A DNA stretch of 64,000 nt from an uncultured Bacteroidota bacterium (GCA_947084835.1 CAMTUB010000028.1:26227-90226), one strand, 5' to 3'; positions 19,215 to 28,627 are shown, counted from the first letter of the stretch. Notes: generated from the sequence alone by a model not told the origin. Numbers and translations: made by a program.

Positions 19215-20210
19215 TTATTCCATTAAAAAAGGGTAATCTGTTTGTACATAGTTATCTAAGTACAATTCTGCCTCGGATGGCCAAGGTGAATTTTCGGCAA
19301 AAGTTACGGATTCATTTACTTCTATGGTAATTTCGTCCTCAATCTTTTCCATTTCTGCCTCTGTAAGATACTTTTTCTTTAAAATAGTGCTTCTTACGGA
19401 TTCGATTGGGTCTTGCTGTTTAAATTTCTCTAACTCTTCTTTCGTTCTGTATTTCGCAGGGTCGCTCATAGAATGACCGCGGTATCTGTACGTTCTAATT
19501 TCAAGAAACGTAGGCCCTTTGCCTGTTCTAGCGCGCTCAACTGCTTCATCCATTGCTTCATGCACCTTTTCAGGGCTCATGCCATCAACAGCAGAACAAG
19601 GCATATCGTATGCCAAGCCTAATTTGTAAATATCTAAAACGTTGGTAGTTCGTTCTACAGAAGTTCCCATTGCATACCCGTTGTTTTCGCAAACAAAAAC
19701 TACAGGTATTTTCCAAAGCATGGCCATGTTAAATGCTTCATGTAGCGCACCCTGACGAACAGCACCATCTCCCATATAACAAACCGTTACTTGTTTTCCG
19801 CCTCTATACATATCTGCAAATGCAATGCCTGCACCTAAAGGTATCTGGCCTCCAACAATTCCATGTCCGCCAAAGAAACTGTGCTCTTTGCTAAACATGT
19901 GCATCGATCCACCTTTGCCTTTTGAGCAACCTGTGCTACGGCCGTACATTTCTGCCATGATAGCGTTTGGGGTAATCCCACAGCCTAGTGCATGTGCATG
20001 ATCACGGTAAGCAGTAATAACCCGATCATCTTTGTTAATCACAGAGTATAATCCAGCTAAAATAGCTTCTTGCCCTATGTATAAGTGACAAAATCCTTTA
20101 ATTTTTTGTTGCCCATATAATTGTGCCGATTTCTCCTCAAATCTTCTCATGAGTAGCATCGAGCTAAACCATTTTATGTAGGTTTCCTTTGTGATCTTAA
20201 TTTTCGCCAT
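19215..20210 (-). CDS. pdhA: pyruvate dehydrogenase (acetyl-transferring) E1 alpha subunit
   Basis: ThDP motif GDGAVRQGALHEAFNMA...VCENNGYAMGT and YRYRGHSMSDP. Confidence 0.9.
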   Translation of the reverse strand: MAKIKITKETYIKWFSSMLLMRRFEEKSAQLYGQQKIKGFCHLYIGQEAILAGLYSVINKDDRVITAYRDHAHALGCGITPNAIMAEMYGRSTGCSKGKGGSMHMFSKEHSFFGGHGIVGGQIPLGAGIAFADMYRGGKQVTVCYMGDGAVRQGALHEAFNMAMLWKIPVVFVCENNGYAMGTSVERTTNVLDIYKLGLAYDMPCSAVDGMSPEKVHEAMDEAVERARTGKGPTFLEIRTYRYRGHSMSDPAKYRTKEELEKFKQQDPIESVRSTILKKKYLTEAEMEKIEDEITIEVNESVTFAENSPWPSEAELYLDNYVQTDYPFLME

Positions 20211-20235
20211 TAAACTTGTGCTGAAAAACAGTCGA

Positions 20236-20243
20236 CAAAATTA
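20236..20243 (-). promoter_or_regulatory. candidate -7 promoter box (TAatTTTG) for pdhA
   Basis: The reverse complement of caaaatta is taattttg, 26 nt upstream of the pdhA ATG. Confidence 0.5.
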
Positions 20244-20270
20244 GCTAAAGAAAAACAGTAACCAAACACC

Positions 20271-21356
20271 ATGTTTCTAACTCACCTAAAGTTCTTGCAA
20301 TTTCGAAATATACCTGACACAGAATTGGTGTTTTCAGAGGGATTTAACGGCCTATTTGGATCTAACGGAAGTGGCAAAACCAATGTGTTAGACGCTATAC
20401 ATTTTATATGCCTTACCAAGGGTTATTTCGGGCAGAACGATGCCCAAAACGCATTTTTTGGTGAAAATTATTTTTCGTTAATTGCCCAGTTTTCATCCTC
20501 AAATTCGGTTAACGATACTGTTTTTACTGCGTGGCAACTATCCGATAAAAAAGTATTTAAATTAAATAACGAAATCTATCCAAAATTGGGTTTGCATGTC
20601 GGAAAATTTCCGGTGGTGATGATTGCGCCCGCTGATTTGGTACTAATTACTGGTGGAAGCGAGGAGCGAAGAAAGTTTTTAGACAATTTATTATCGCAAG
20701 CAGACCCCGATTACCTTCAGGCTTTATTAAAATACACCCGATTAATCTTACGAAGAAATTTAATTTTAAAAGATTATAGAAATGGATTGCCAATCGACCT
20801 AACGGTTTTGGATGTTTTAGACATGCAACTTTTAGATGCAAATCAAATTATAGTAGAAACTAGAAAAAAGTTACTTGCTGATTTTGAAGTTCAGGTTACA
20901 ATACATTATGACTATATCTCTGATGCTAAAGAAACGGTTTCAATATCGAACATAACCCAAAGCGAAAATTCTAGTTGGGTAGAATTAGCAACAAAAAACA
21001 GAAACAACGATTTGCAAGCAGGCAGAACAACTTTTGGACCGCATCTTGACGATTTACAGATTTTATTAAACGGATTTCCGGCAAAACGATTTGCAAGCCA
21101 AGGGCAATTAAAAACCTTAGTATTATCGTTAAAACTTGCCCAATACGATTTTATATCAACCAAAAAAGGGAAACCTGCCCTTTTACTATTAGATGATATT
21201 TTTGAGAAACTTGACGAGCATCGGTTAACTAAACTCATCGAATTGATTTCTCAGCCGCAATACGGGCAAAAATTCTTGTCTCACACCTCATCTGAGGCAT
21301 TGGAAAGTCTATTTAAAAAAACGGGAAAACCCTTTAAATTGATAAAAATGGGTTAA
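20271..21356 (+). CDS. recF: DNA replication/repair protein RecF
   Basis: N-terminal LKFLQFRNI...GSNGSGKTNVLDAI Walker A, signature SQGQLKT, Walker B LLLLDDIFEKLD. Confidence 0.9.
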   Translation: MFLTHLKFLQFRNIPDTELVFSEGFNGLFGSNGSGKTNVLDAIHFICLTKGYFGQNDAQNAFFGENYFSLIAQFSSSNSVNDTVFTAWQLSDKKVFKLNNEIYPKLGLHVGKFPVVMIAPADLVLITGGSEERRKFLDNLLSQADPDYLQALLKYTRLILRRNLILKDYRNGLPIDLTVLDVLDMQLLDANQIIVETRKKLLADFEVQVTIHYDYISDAKETVSISNITQSENSSWVELATKNRNNDLQAGRTTFGPHLDDLQILLNGFPAKRFASQGQLKTLVLSLKLAQYDFISTKKGKPALLLLDDIFEKLDEHRLTKLIELISQPQYGQKFLSHTSSEALESLFKKTGKPFKLIKMG

Positions 21357-21375
21357 AACTTAGTTTTTAATCTAC

Positions 21376-21951
21376 CTACTTTTTATAAAAAGAAATACCT
21401 GACAACTGCTCTAAAATTGCATCTGGCACTAAATAACGTACACTATAGCCTTGTTTTAGCGCCTTTCTGATATCGGTAGAAGAGACATTAACCACTGGAG
21501 CATCGTATAAAAAAACTGACTTATGGTTCATTGCTTCACAATCAACTGGGCTTATTCTTGGATACACATACACCTGCACTTTACTAAGTAAAAGCTCGTA
21601 GTTTTTCCATTTAGGAAGCGTACACACGTTGTCTTGTCCCATAATCAACACAAACTCGCGGTCGGGATACTTTTCATTTAAAAATGTAATCGTGTCAATA
21701 GTAAAAGAAGGAATGGGTAACTGAAATTCGACATCCGAAACTTTAACTTTGGGATTGTCGCCAACGGCATTGTATGCCAAATCTAATCTTTGATATTGAT
21801 CTAACAATCCTGATCGAAGTTTTAGCGGGTTTTGTGGCGAAACCACCAACCAAACTTCATCTAAATCGGTTCTGGTTGCAAAGAACTCGGCCAATATTAA
21901 ATGCCCGACATGAATCGGATTAAAGGAGCCGAAAAAAAGCCCGATTTTCAT
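21376..21951 (-). CDS. nadD: nicotinate-nucleotide adenylyltransferase
   Basis: GLFFGSFNPIHVGHL (H/T-x-G-H motif) and VSSTDIR near the C-terminus. Confidence 0.9.
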   Translation of the reverse strand: MKIGLFFGSFNPIHVGHLILAEFFATRTDLDEVWLVVSPQNPLKLRSGLLDQYQRLDLAYNAVGDNPKVKVSDVEFQLPIPSFTIDTITFLNEKYPDREFVLIMGQDNVCTLPKWKNYELLLSKVQVYVYPRISPVDCEAMNHKSVFLYDAPVVNVSSTDIRKALKQGYSVRYLVPDAILEQLSGISFYKK

Positions 21952-22514
21952 TTTGATAAAAAACTACCTACAACCCCAACAGCTTCATCTAAAGCATGTT
22001 GCAATCCGTCATTAAAAAGAACGTAATCGAATTGTGGCTCAAAAGCCAATTCAGCAGTTGCTTTAGCAATGCGTTGATTGATTTTATCTTCAGATTCTGT
22101 TTTTCGAGTGCGTAAACGTTGCTCTAATACTTCTACAGAAGGAGGTTTTACAAAAATTGCTAATGCATTTTCTGCATACAGTTTTTTTAAACTCAACCCG
22201 CCTTTTACATCTACATCAAAAATCACTGAAAAGCCTTCATTAAGTTTGCGGTCTATTTCTGATTTCAGCGTTCCATAAAAAGTATTTCTATACACCTCTT
22301 CCCACTCTGCAAATTCTATTGATTCGATTTTTTGCTTAAACTCATTTTCACCCAAAAAATAATAGTCTTTGCCATCAATTTCATGGCTTCTTTTTTCGCG
22401 CGATGTTGCAGAAACCGAAAAGCCCAATTGAGGAAAATGTTTTAATAAATGATGTACGATGGTAGTTTTGCCTGCACCCGATGGAGCGGATAAAATAACA
22501 AGTTTACGGCTCAT
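21948..22514 (-). CDS. gmk: guanylate kinase
   Basis: P-loop SAPSGAGKTT and SATSR motif. ATGA-type 4-nt overlaps with both neighbours. Confidence 0.9.
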   Translation of the reverse strand: MSRKLVILSAPSGAGKTTIVHHLLKHFPQLGFSVSATSREKRSHEIDGKDYYFLGENEFKQKIESIEFAEWEEVYRNTFYGTLKSEIDRKLNEGFSVIFDVDVKGGLSLKKLYAENALAIFVKPPSVEVLEQRLRTRKTESEDKINQRIAKATAELAFEPQFDYVLFNDGLQHALDEAVGVVGSFLSK

Positions 22515-23383
22515 AATATATTTAAAACTTGCTCTTTAATTTTCTCTAACTCGTTTTTCATATCTACAGTCAATACCTGAATATCCAGATAATTCGCTTT
22601 TGAGCCCATGGTATTTATCTCGCGACCCATTTCTTGGGTTAAAAACCCAAGCTTTTTGCCGTTTGAATTAGGTGTATTCAAGGTCTCAATAAAAAATTCG
22701 CAATGATATTTTAATCTGCTTTTTTCTTCTGTAATATCCATTTTTTCGAGATAATACAAAATTTCCTGCTCGAATCGACTTTCATCAAACTTTTCAGCAG
22801 GGATATTTAACTCGATGTTATTCTTCAACTTCTGACGGAAATACTTTACTCTTTCAGGGTCAATTTCAATTACCTTATCAAGGTTAGACAATATTGTATT
22901 TACACTTTGTACTAAATCTTGGCTGGTTTTTTTGCCTTCTTCTTCTCTAAAAGCATCGTATTCAACCAATGCTTTTTTTACCAAAACCAAAACTGCACTC
23001 CACTCTTCTTCCGATTCTGATGCATCAACATTAAGTACATCAGGCAACTTCAAAATAATTTCTAAAAGATTGTCTGTGTTTAACCCTTCAATTTCGGCAA
23101 AAGCCTTTAGGGTTTTTAAATAGCTTTTAGCTAATTCCGTATTAACACTTACTGCTTGTTGGATTGTTTTGTTTTGCTCAATACTTATCACAACAGAGCA
23201 TTTTCCTCTTTCTATGGTATTGGCAATTTCTGTTCGAAGTTGAAATTCGCGATCTAAAAAAGTCTTTGGCAGCTTAAAATTCAGGTCTAAAAACTTACTG
23301 TTAAGCGACTTTATTTCAACCGAAATCATGCTTCCCGAAACTTCGGTTATTGCTTTTCCGTATCCGGTCATTGACTTTAACAT
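22511..23383 (-). CDS. YicC-family stress-induced protein
   Basis: N-terminal MLKSMTGYGKA and C-terminal EMGREINTMGSKAN are typical of YicC. Start moved to the MLKSMTGYG ATG; the ORF is open to 23413. Confidence 0.85.
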   Translation of the reverse strand: MLKSMTGYGKAITEVSGSMISVEIKSLNSKFLDLNFKLPKTFLDREFQLRTEIANTIERGKCSVVISIEQNKTIQQAVSVNTELAKSYLKTLKAFAEIEGLNTDNLLEIILKLPDVLNVDASESEEEWSAVLVLVKKALVEYDAFREEEGKKTSQDLVQSVNTILSNLDKVIEIDPERVKYFRQKLKNNIELNIPAEKFDESRFEQEILYYLEKMDITEEKSRLKYHCEFFIETLNTPNSNGKKLGFLTQEMGREINTMGSKANYLDIQVLTVDMKNELEKIKEQVLNIL

Positions 23384-23427
23384 AGGCTTTCTTTCGGGTA
23401 TATTGGGGTGCAAAGAACGGAAAGTTT

Positions 23428-24333
23428 TTATGAAGATGCACTTCTTTTCAAGGCAATTCGCTCGCTAACCAAGTAAACACCTAAGAAAATGATACAAGCA
23501 TACATGATTTTTGAGAAGGAAAGCATGTCTTTACCATAGTAAATTGCAATAAAAGATGCCAAAACGGGTTGAAGGTAAATGTAACTTCCAACTAAAGATG
23601 CGTTGGCAAACTTTAGCGCAAATGAATTTAACAAGTACGTTAGATAGGTTGTTGCTACCAAAATAAAACCTACTTCAAGCCAAATTTCAGTCGAAAAACT
23701 GTTCCAATTTACCTCCAAAATGTCATTAAACCCAAAAGGTATAATTAAGATATTGGCCATTAAAAACATCCACTTACTAACAGTCAACGGATTGTATTTT
23801 GCCATAAGCGGCTTTGCTAAAACTAAGTAAACGGCATACGAAATTGCATTTAGCATGATGTACACATTTCCTAAAATAGTATTGCCATCGAAAGCTAAAA
23901 CGGGTTTATCCAAAATTAATAATATGGCTCCGGCCGAGCCCAATAAAATGCCAGCCCATTTTATCAGATAAATTTTTTCTTCGTGATAAAATGATGCAAA
24001 AAGCAAAACAAATATGGGAGTGGTTACCATAATCACCGCAGAATTAATGGGCGAACTGGTTTCTAACCCTTTAAAAAAAAGCAGCATATTTATTCCAACA
24101 CCAAAAAATGTGCAAATAGCCATCAATTTAAAATCTACTTTTTCAATTTTTTCAGATTTTGTAAAAAGAGGAGTTGTTATCCAAAACAAGGCCGTTGCTG
24201 CTAATACCCTCAGCAATATAAAACCGAATGGTTTTATAAATACAGGCATTACCTCTTTGGCAATAGTAAAAGATGCAGCGTAAATTAAACCCGCAATAAA
24301 AAGCGAGGCGTGAACAAAAAAAGTACGGTTCAT
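23428..24333 (-). CDS. DMT-superfamily (EamA-like) transporter
   Basis: 301 aa, about 10 hydrophobic helices in two EamA-like halves. Confidence 0.75.
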   Translation of the reverse strand: MNRTFFVHASLFIAGLIYAASFTIAKEVMPVFIKPFGFILLRVLAATALFWITTPLFTKSEKIEKVDFKLMAICTFFGVGINMLLFFKGLETSSPINSAVIMVTTPIFVLLFASFYHEEKIYLIKWAGILLGSAGAILLILDKPVLAFDGNTILGNVYIMLNAISYAVYLVLAKPLMAKYNPLTVSKWMFLMANILIIPFGFNDILEVNWNSFSTEIWLEVGFILVATTYLTYLLNSFALKFANASLVGSYIYLQPVLASFIAIYYGKDMLSFSKIMYACIIFLGVYLVSERIALKRSASS

Positions 24334-24361
24334 TGGGCAAAGATACCTTTACCAAAAGGTT

Positions 24362-25201
24362 TTAATTAAATAAAGCGTGGGTAATTGTCTTTTGTAAATT
24401 ATGCCTAAAATCTTCATCAATAGAATAATTCTGATGAACCAACGCAGTATTCCCCTTTTTCGAAACCACAACAACAGCAGGCGTAACCCCAATTTTATAT
24501 TTATAGATAAAAATATCTAACGAGTCGATAATTATAGGCAATGGCCTTGCTTTTGATGGCTGTGTAGCTGAACTGTTGTTTACTCTGAAAAAAACAACTC
24601 CAGTTTCATTTCTAAAAAAGTGCCTTATTACTTTAATATCTGTTAGAGAGCTATTGTAATTTTCATTTGTTGGATCAAAAAAAGTTAAAACAACTACTTT
24701 TTCGCTCAATTTCTTTATAGGAAAATCTAACGAATCTTTAAATCTTACCTCGCTAACATCAAATTTTTCTTTTACTAGTGATATCCTATTATCGTAAATC
24801 CAACTTGGCAATGAAATATTAGTAATTAAAAGGGTAATTAACACCATCAAAAATACCAAAATTGTGAGTCTCTTATCGCGAGAAGCCCACCACTCTGACC
24901 TTAACGTTGTACCAATTATACTAAAGCTAATGGCAGAAAACGGCAATAAGGTGGTTAAATAATTTCCAGAGAAACAGTAAAATAAACTTAAAAATCCAAA
25001 TATATTTAGCAATGCCAGCTTGCCCCAGTTAACAGCTACATCCGATTTGCCAGTTATAAAACCCAACAAAACAAAAATGCTGCCTGTTAATAATATGGAT
25101 AATTGAAGAGAATAAATGCTTAATGCCCATGAGACTAAATATCCCAAAAATCCTAGAGAAACAATAATATACCATCTATTAATAGTAGGGCTTAAATACA
25201 T
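24362..25201 (-). CDS. membrane protein with C-terminal thioredoxin-fold-like domain lacking CXXC (hypothetical)
   Basis: Several N-terminal TM helices. The C-terminal KVVVLTFFDPTNENY...GVVFFRVN...GVTPAVVVVSKKGN resembles the TlpA/AhpC-like strand pattern but has no redox cysteines. Confidence 0.4.
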   Translation of the reverse strand: MYLSPTINRWYIIVSLGFLGYLVSWALSIYSLQLSILLTGSIFVLLGFITGKSDVAVNWGKLALLNIFGFLSLFYCFSGNYLTTLLPFSAISFSIIGTTLRSEWWASRDKRLTILVFLMVLITLLITNISLPSWIYDNRISLVKEKFDVSEVRFKDSLDFPIKKLSEKVVVLTFFDPTNENYNSSLTDIKVIRHFFRNETGVVFFRVNNSSATQPSKARPLPIIIDSLDIFIYKYKIGVTPAVVVVSKKGNTALVHQNYSIDEDFRHNLQKTITHALFN

Positions 25202-25245
25202 GGGTCAAATATATAGAAATTGAAATATTTTTGACTAAAAAGCTG

Positions 25246-25253
25246 TACCTTTG
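25246..25253 (+). promoter_or_regulatory. candidate -7 promoter box (TAccTTTG) for the RluB-type gene
   Basis: Exact TAnnTTTG match, 16 nt upstream of the ATG at 25270. Confidence 0.45.
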
Positions 25254-25269
25254 CACTTTATTATTTTTT

Positions 25270-27306
25270 ATGAAAGGAAAGAATACCGGTCGTGATGATC
25301 GCAATTCCCAAAAGAGAAGCGGAAACAGCTCTCCAAAATCAAGTTTCCGCAAAAGTTCTGGCCCAAGTTCAGACAGTTCTCGTAGAAGTTTCTCAGGCAA
25401 ACCATCTGGGTTTACACGCAAGCCTGAAGGCGAATTTAAAAGAAGCGAAAATTCTCGCTCAACCAGTGAAAGTTCATTCAAACCTCGTTTTTCAAGCTCA
25501 AATTCTTCAGAAAGATCTTCAGAAAGAAGTTCTGGTGGACCGCGTAGTTTTTCGGGCAACAAGTTCGAATCTAAAGGACCGCGTGAATTCAAACCGCGTT
25601 TCTCTGAAGGCGGAAGCAACGACAGACCATTTAACAGAAACGAAAAATCGAACGATGGTCCACGTAGTTTTTCGGGCAACAAGTTCGAATCTAAAGGACC
25701 GCGCGAATTCAAACCGCGTTTCTCTGAAGGCGGAAGCAACGACAGACCATTTAACAGAAACGAAAGACCGAACGATGGTCCACGTAGTTTTTCGGGCAAC
25801 AAGTTCGAATCTAAAGGACCGCGCGAATTCAAACCGCGTTTCTCTGAAGGCGGAAGCAACGACAGACCATTTAACAGAAACGACAGACCGAACGATGGTC
25901 CACGTAGTTTTTCGGGCAACAAGTTCGAATCTAAAGGACCGCGTGAATTCAAACCGCGTTTCTCTGAAGGCGGAAGCAACGACAGACCATTTAACAGAAA
26001 CGAAAGACCGAACGATGGTCCACGTAGTTTTTCGGGCAACAAGTTCGAATCTAAAGGACCGCGCGAATTCAAACCACGTTTCTCTGAAGGCGGAAGCAAC
26101 GACAGACCATTTAACAGAAACGAAAGATCAACCGATGGACCGCGCGAATTTAAACCGCGTTTCTCTGAAGGTGCAAATAACGACAGACCATCTGACGGAA
26201 CTGGAAGTTTTAGAGGCAACCGCTCAGAATCTAACGATTCTAGAGAGTTCAAACCTCGTTTCGAAAGAAAAGATAGGACTGATTTTTCACAAAATCGTAC
26301 TGACAGAAACACAAACTTCGAAAAAGCAGATCGCACACCAATTCATAAATGGGGTAAAGAAGGCGAAATATCTTCAGACAAGCCATACGTAAGACCCTCT
26401 TACACAGGTCGTTTCAACGAAAACAATGCGACTCAACCTGCAGAAGATAGAAGAACAAAGCCATTTCACGAAGTAGAAAATCGTTTTATCAAAAGCGAAG
26501 GATCTGATCGTTTCGAAAAAGGGCCGAGAAAGCGCTTGAATACCAATTCAAGATACCAAGAGTCGCAAATCGAACCAAAAGACGAATGGCCAATACGTTT
26601 AAATAGATTTATTGCTAACAGTGGTGTTTGCTCTCGCAGACATGCAGATCAGTTGGTTTCGCAAGGTTTAATTTCAGTAAACGGAGCAGTGGTTACCGAA
26701 ATGGGATACCAAGTAAATGCAACGGATAAAATTGGATATGAAGGTAAAATATTAAGTCGCGAAAAGCTTACCTATGTTTTATTAAACAAGCCTAAAGACT
26801 TTATTACTACTGTTGACGACCCATTAGAGCGTAAAACGGTTATGCAATTAGTGAGAAATGCTACAGAAGATCGTATTTTCCCTGTTGGCCGATTAGACCG
26901 CAACACTACTGGCTTAATTTTATTAACCAACGATGGCGATTTATCGTTAAAACTTACACATCCTAGCCATCAGGTACGTAAAATATACCAGGTAACCCTA
27001 AACAAACCTTTGCTTAGAGCTGATTTTGATAAAATTTCTGACGGCCTTTCTTTAGAAGACGGTCCCATTAATATTGATCAAATCGCCTATGTAGATGCAG
27101 AAGATAAACACGAAGTGGGTATTGAGCTTCATAGCGGTAAAAACAGAATTGTTCGTAGAATTTTCGAGCATTTAGGCTACGATGTTGTTCGCCTTGACCG
27201 TGTGTTTTTCGCAGGTTTAACTAAAAAAGATTTGCCACGTGGAAACTGGCGTTATTTAAACGATAAAGAAATCCGAATGCTTAAAGCAAAAGGATTAGTT
27301 ATTTAA
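25270..27306 (+). CDS. rluB: RluB/RsuA-family 23S rRNA pseudouridine synthase with ~430-aa basic repetitive N-terminal extension
   Basis: S4 domain IRLNRFIANSGVCSRRHADQLV...VNG and catalytic PVGRLDRNTTGLILLTNDGDL in the C-terminal 250 aa. The N-terminus is low-complexity and R/K/S/F/N/P-rich. Start set at MKGKNTG; the ORF is open from 25231. Confidence 0.85.
   Translation: MKGKNTGRDDRNSQKRSGNSSPKSSFRKSSGPSSDSSRRSFSGKPSGFTRKPEGEFKRSENSRSTSESSFKPRFSSSNSSERSSERSSGGPRSFSGNKFESKGPREFKPRFSEGGSNDRPFNRNEKSNDGPRSFSGNKFESKGPREFKPRFSEGGSNDRPFNRNERPNDGPRSFSGNKFESKGPREFKPRFSEGGSNDRPFNRNDRPNDGPRSFSGNKFESKGPREFKPRFSEGGSNDRPFNRNERPNDGPRSFSGNKFESKGPREFKPRFSEGGSNDRPFNRNERSTDGPREFKPRFSEGANNDRPSDGTGSFRGNRSESNDSREFKPRFERKDRTDFSQNRTDRNTNFEKADRTPIHKWGKEGEISSDKPYVRPSYTGRFNENNATQPAEDRRTKPFHEVENRFIKSEGSDRFEKGPRKRLNTNSRYQESQIEPKDEWPIRLNRFIANSGVCSRRHADQLVSQGLISVNGAVVTEMGYQVNATDKIGYEGKILSREKLTYVLLNKPKDFITTVDDPLERKTVMQLVRNATEDRIFPVGRLDRNTTGLILLTNDGDLSLKLTHPSHQVRKIYQVTLNKPLLRADFDKISDGLSLEDGPINIDQIAYVDAEDKHEVGIELHSGKNRIVRRIFEHLGYDVVRLDRVFFAGLTKKDLPRGNWRYLNDKEIRMLKAKGLVI
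25537..26136 (+). repeat. five in-frame 120-bp tandem repeats, nearly identical at DNA level, flanked by degenerate copies
   Basis: The period is exactly 120 nt, so it aligns with alternate 60-nt sequence lines. Copies differ at only a few positions. Each unit encodes GPRSFSGNKFESKGPREFKPRFSEGGSNDRPFNRNERPND. Confidence 0.95.
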
Positions 27307-27324
27307 TATTTAAAATTCGATTCC

Positions 27325-27332
27325 TATATTTG
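27325..27332 (+). promoter_or_regulatory. candidate -7 promoter box (TAtaTTTG) just upstream of the DUF547 gene
   Basis: Exact TAnnTTTG match, but only 7 nt before the ATG at 27340. Confidence 0.3.
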
Positions 27333-27339
27333 GGGTAAT

Positions 27340-28146
27340 ATGATACATAAACTTATCACATTACCCCTTTTTTTATTATCTGTTTTCATCTTAAATAGCT
27401 GTTCTGGACCAGAACTCATTAAAAGCAATACTTCAAAATCTATTAGCGAAATACATGTAATACCCCTCTCTGAGGAGTTGCTCTATTATACTCGAACCAA
27501 TAATCCAAACGCAGATCTTCTTGTTAATAATTTAAAAAAAATATCTTCCGTTGAATTGGTCAAACAACTTCCTTATGATGCTAAACGAAAAGCATTTTGG
27601 CTAAATATTTATAACACTTTTGTACAAAGAGAACTTGCCGCACATCCCGAAAAATACAAATCAAGAAACACTTTTTTTACCACTAAATTTATCGAAATCG
27701 CTGGAATTAAATTTAGCTTAGACGATATTGAACACGGTATATTACGAAAATCACCAACAAAATATGGCCTGGGTTTTATTCCCAAACTTTACTCAAATTC
27801 AATTGAAAAAAAATTAAGGGTTGATGTGCTTGACCCACGAATACATTTTGCATTAAATTGTGGTGCAAAAAGTTGCCCCCCAATCCGCTATTACGATTGG
27901 AAAATTCTTGATGACCAATTGCACATTGCAACCAAATCCTATATTGAATCTGAATTTAGGTACGATACGATTAACGAAACCATATATCTACCCAAAGTTA
28001 TTGGTTGGTTTAGAGGAGATTTTGGAGGAATGCATAATCTACCAATCTTTTTAAAAAGCCATTCCATAATTCCAAATAAAATAAGTATTTACCAAATAAA
28101 ATTTAACGATTACGACTGGAAAATGCAATTATACAATTACAAATAA
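27340..28146 (+). CDS. DUF547 domain-containing lipoprotein
   Basis: Lipobox FILNSC. DUF547 hallmark RIHFALNCGAKSCPPIRYY. Confidence 0.75.
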   Translation: MIHKLITLPLFLLSVFILNSCSGPELIKSNTSKSISEIHVIPLSEELLYYTRTNNPNADLLVNNLKKISSVELVKQLPYDAKRKAFWLNIYNTFVQRELAAHPEKYKSRNTFFTTKFIEIAGIKFSLDDIEHGILRKSPTKYGLGFIPKLYSNSIEKKLRVDVLDPRIHFALNCGAKSCPPIRYYDWKILDDQLHIATKSYIESEFRYDTINETIYLPKVIGWFRGDFGGMHNLPIFLKSHSIIPNKISIYQIKFNDYDWKMQLYNYK

Positions 28147-28174
28147 GTTAATTTGCAACTGATTGTTTATTAAA

Positions 28175-28627
28175 ATGAAGTCCATCGCCTACTTTTTATT
28201 TTTGATTTGTTTATCTGGCATTTCATGCACTAAAGAAACTGTTACTACGTCAGTCGTAACTCCTTCTACAGATTCCACTTCAATATTATGTGACAAAAGC
28301 TATGGATTAACAAGTCTAACTATTGCAATTAATTCTAATCCCTCTATTGAACAGATTGGTGTAATTCCTGCATGCAATAAAGACAATTTTATAACCTATT
28401 TTTCTAATGGAAAATCAGTAGAAAATGAAGGACCTACAAAATGCAACCCAACTGATCCACAAACCGACACATCGAACTGGGTGTTTTATTCAAATAAAAC
28501 TAAATTGATCGTAAATAGCGATACCGCAGATATTCTAATTTTAAATGCAACAAAATTAAAGTTGAGAACCATAATAAAAAGAGGAAGTACTACTGAGACC
28601 CGTATTATTACCTATACTAAAAAATAA
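28175..28627 (+). CDS. hypothetical lipoprotein
   Basis: MKSIAYFLFLICLSGISC lipoprotein signal. No recognisable domain. Confidence 0.55.
   Translation: MKSIAYFLFLICLSGISCTKETVTTSVVTPSTDSTSILCDKSYGLTSLTIAINSNPSIEQIGVIPACNKDNFITYFSNGKSVENEGPTKCNPTDPQTDTSNWVFYSNKTKLIVNSDTADILILNATKLKLRTIIKRGSTTETRIITYTKK

Noticed and set aside
25537-26136. Regular 120-nt periodic repeats that could be mistaken for a CRISPR-like array.
   Set aside because: The units are contiguous with no unique spacers. They are in-frame coding sequence of one protein, and no cas genes or leader are present.
25179-26392. Long ORFs in the antisense frame (25179-26336, 385 aa) and in the +2 frame (25292-26392, 366 aa) across the rluB repeat array.
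   Set aside because: Both are by-products of the 120-bp repeat, whose composition lacks stop codons in several frames. Only the frame beginning at 25270 runs on into the S4 and pseudouridine synthase domains.
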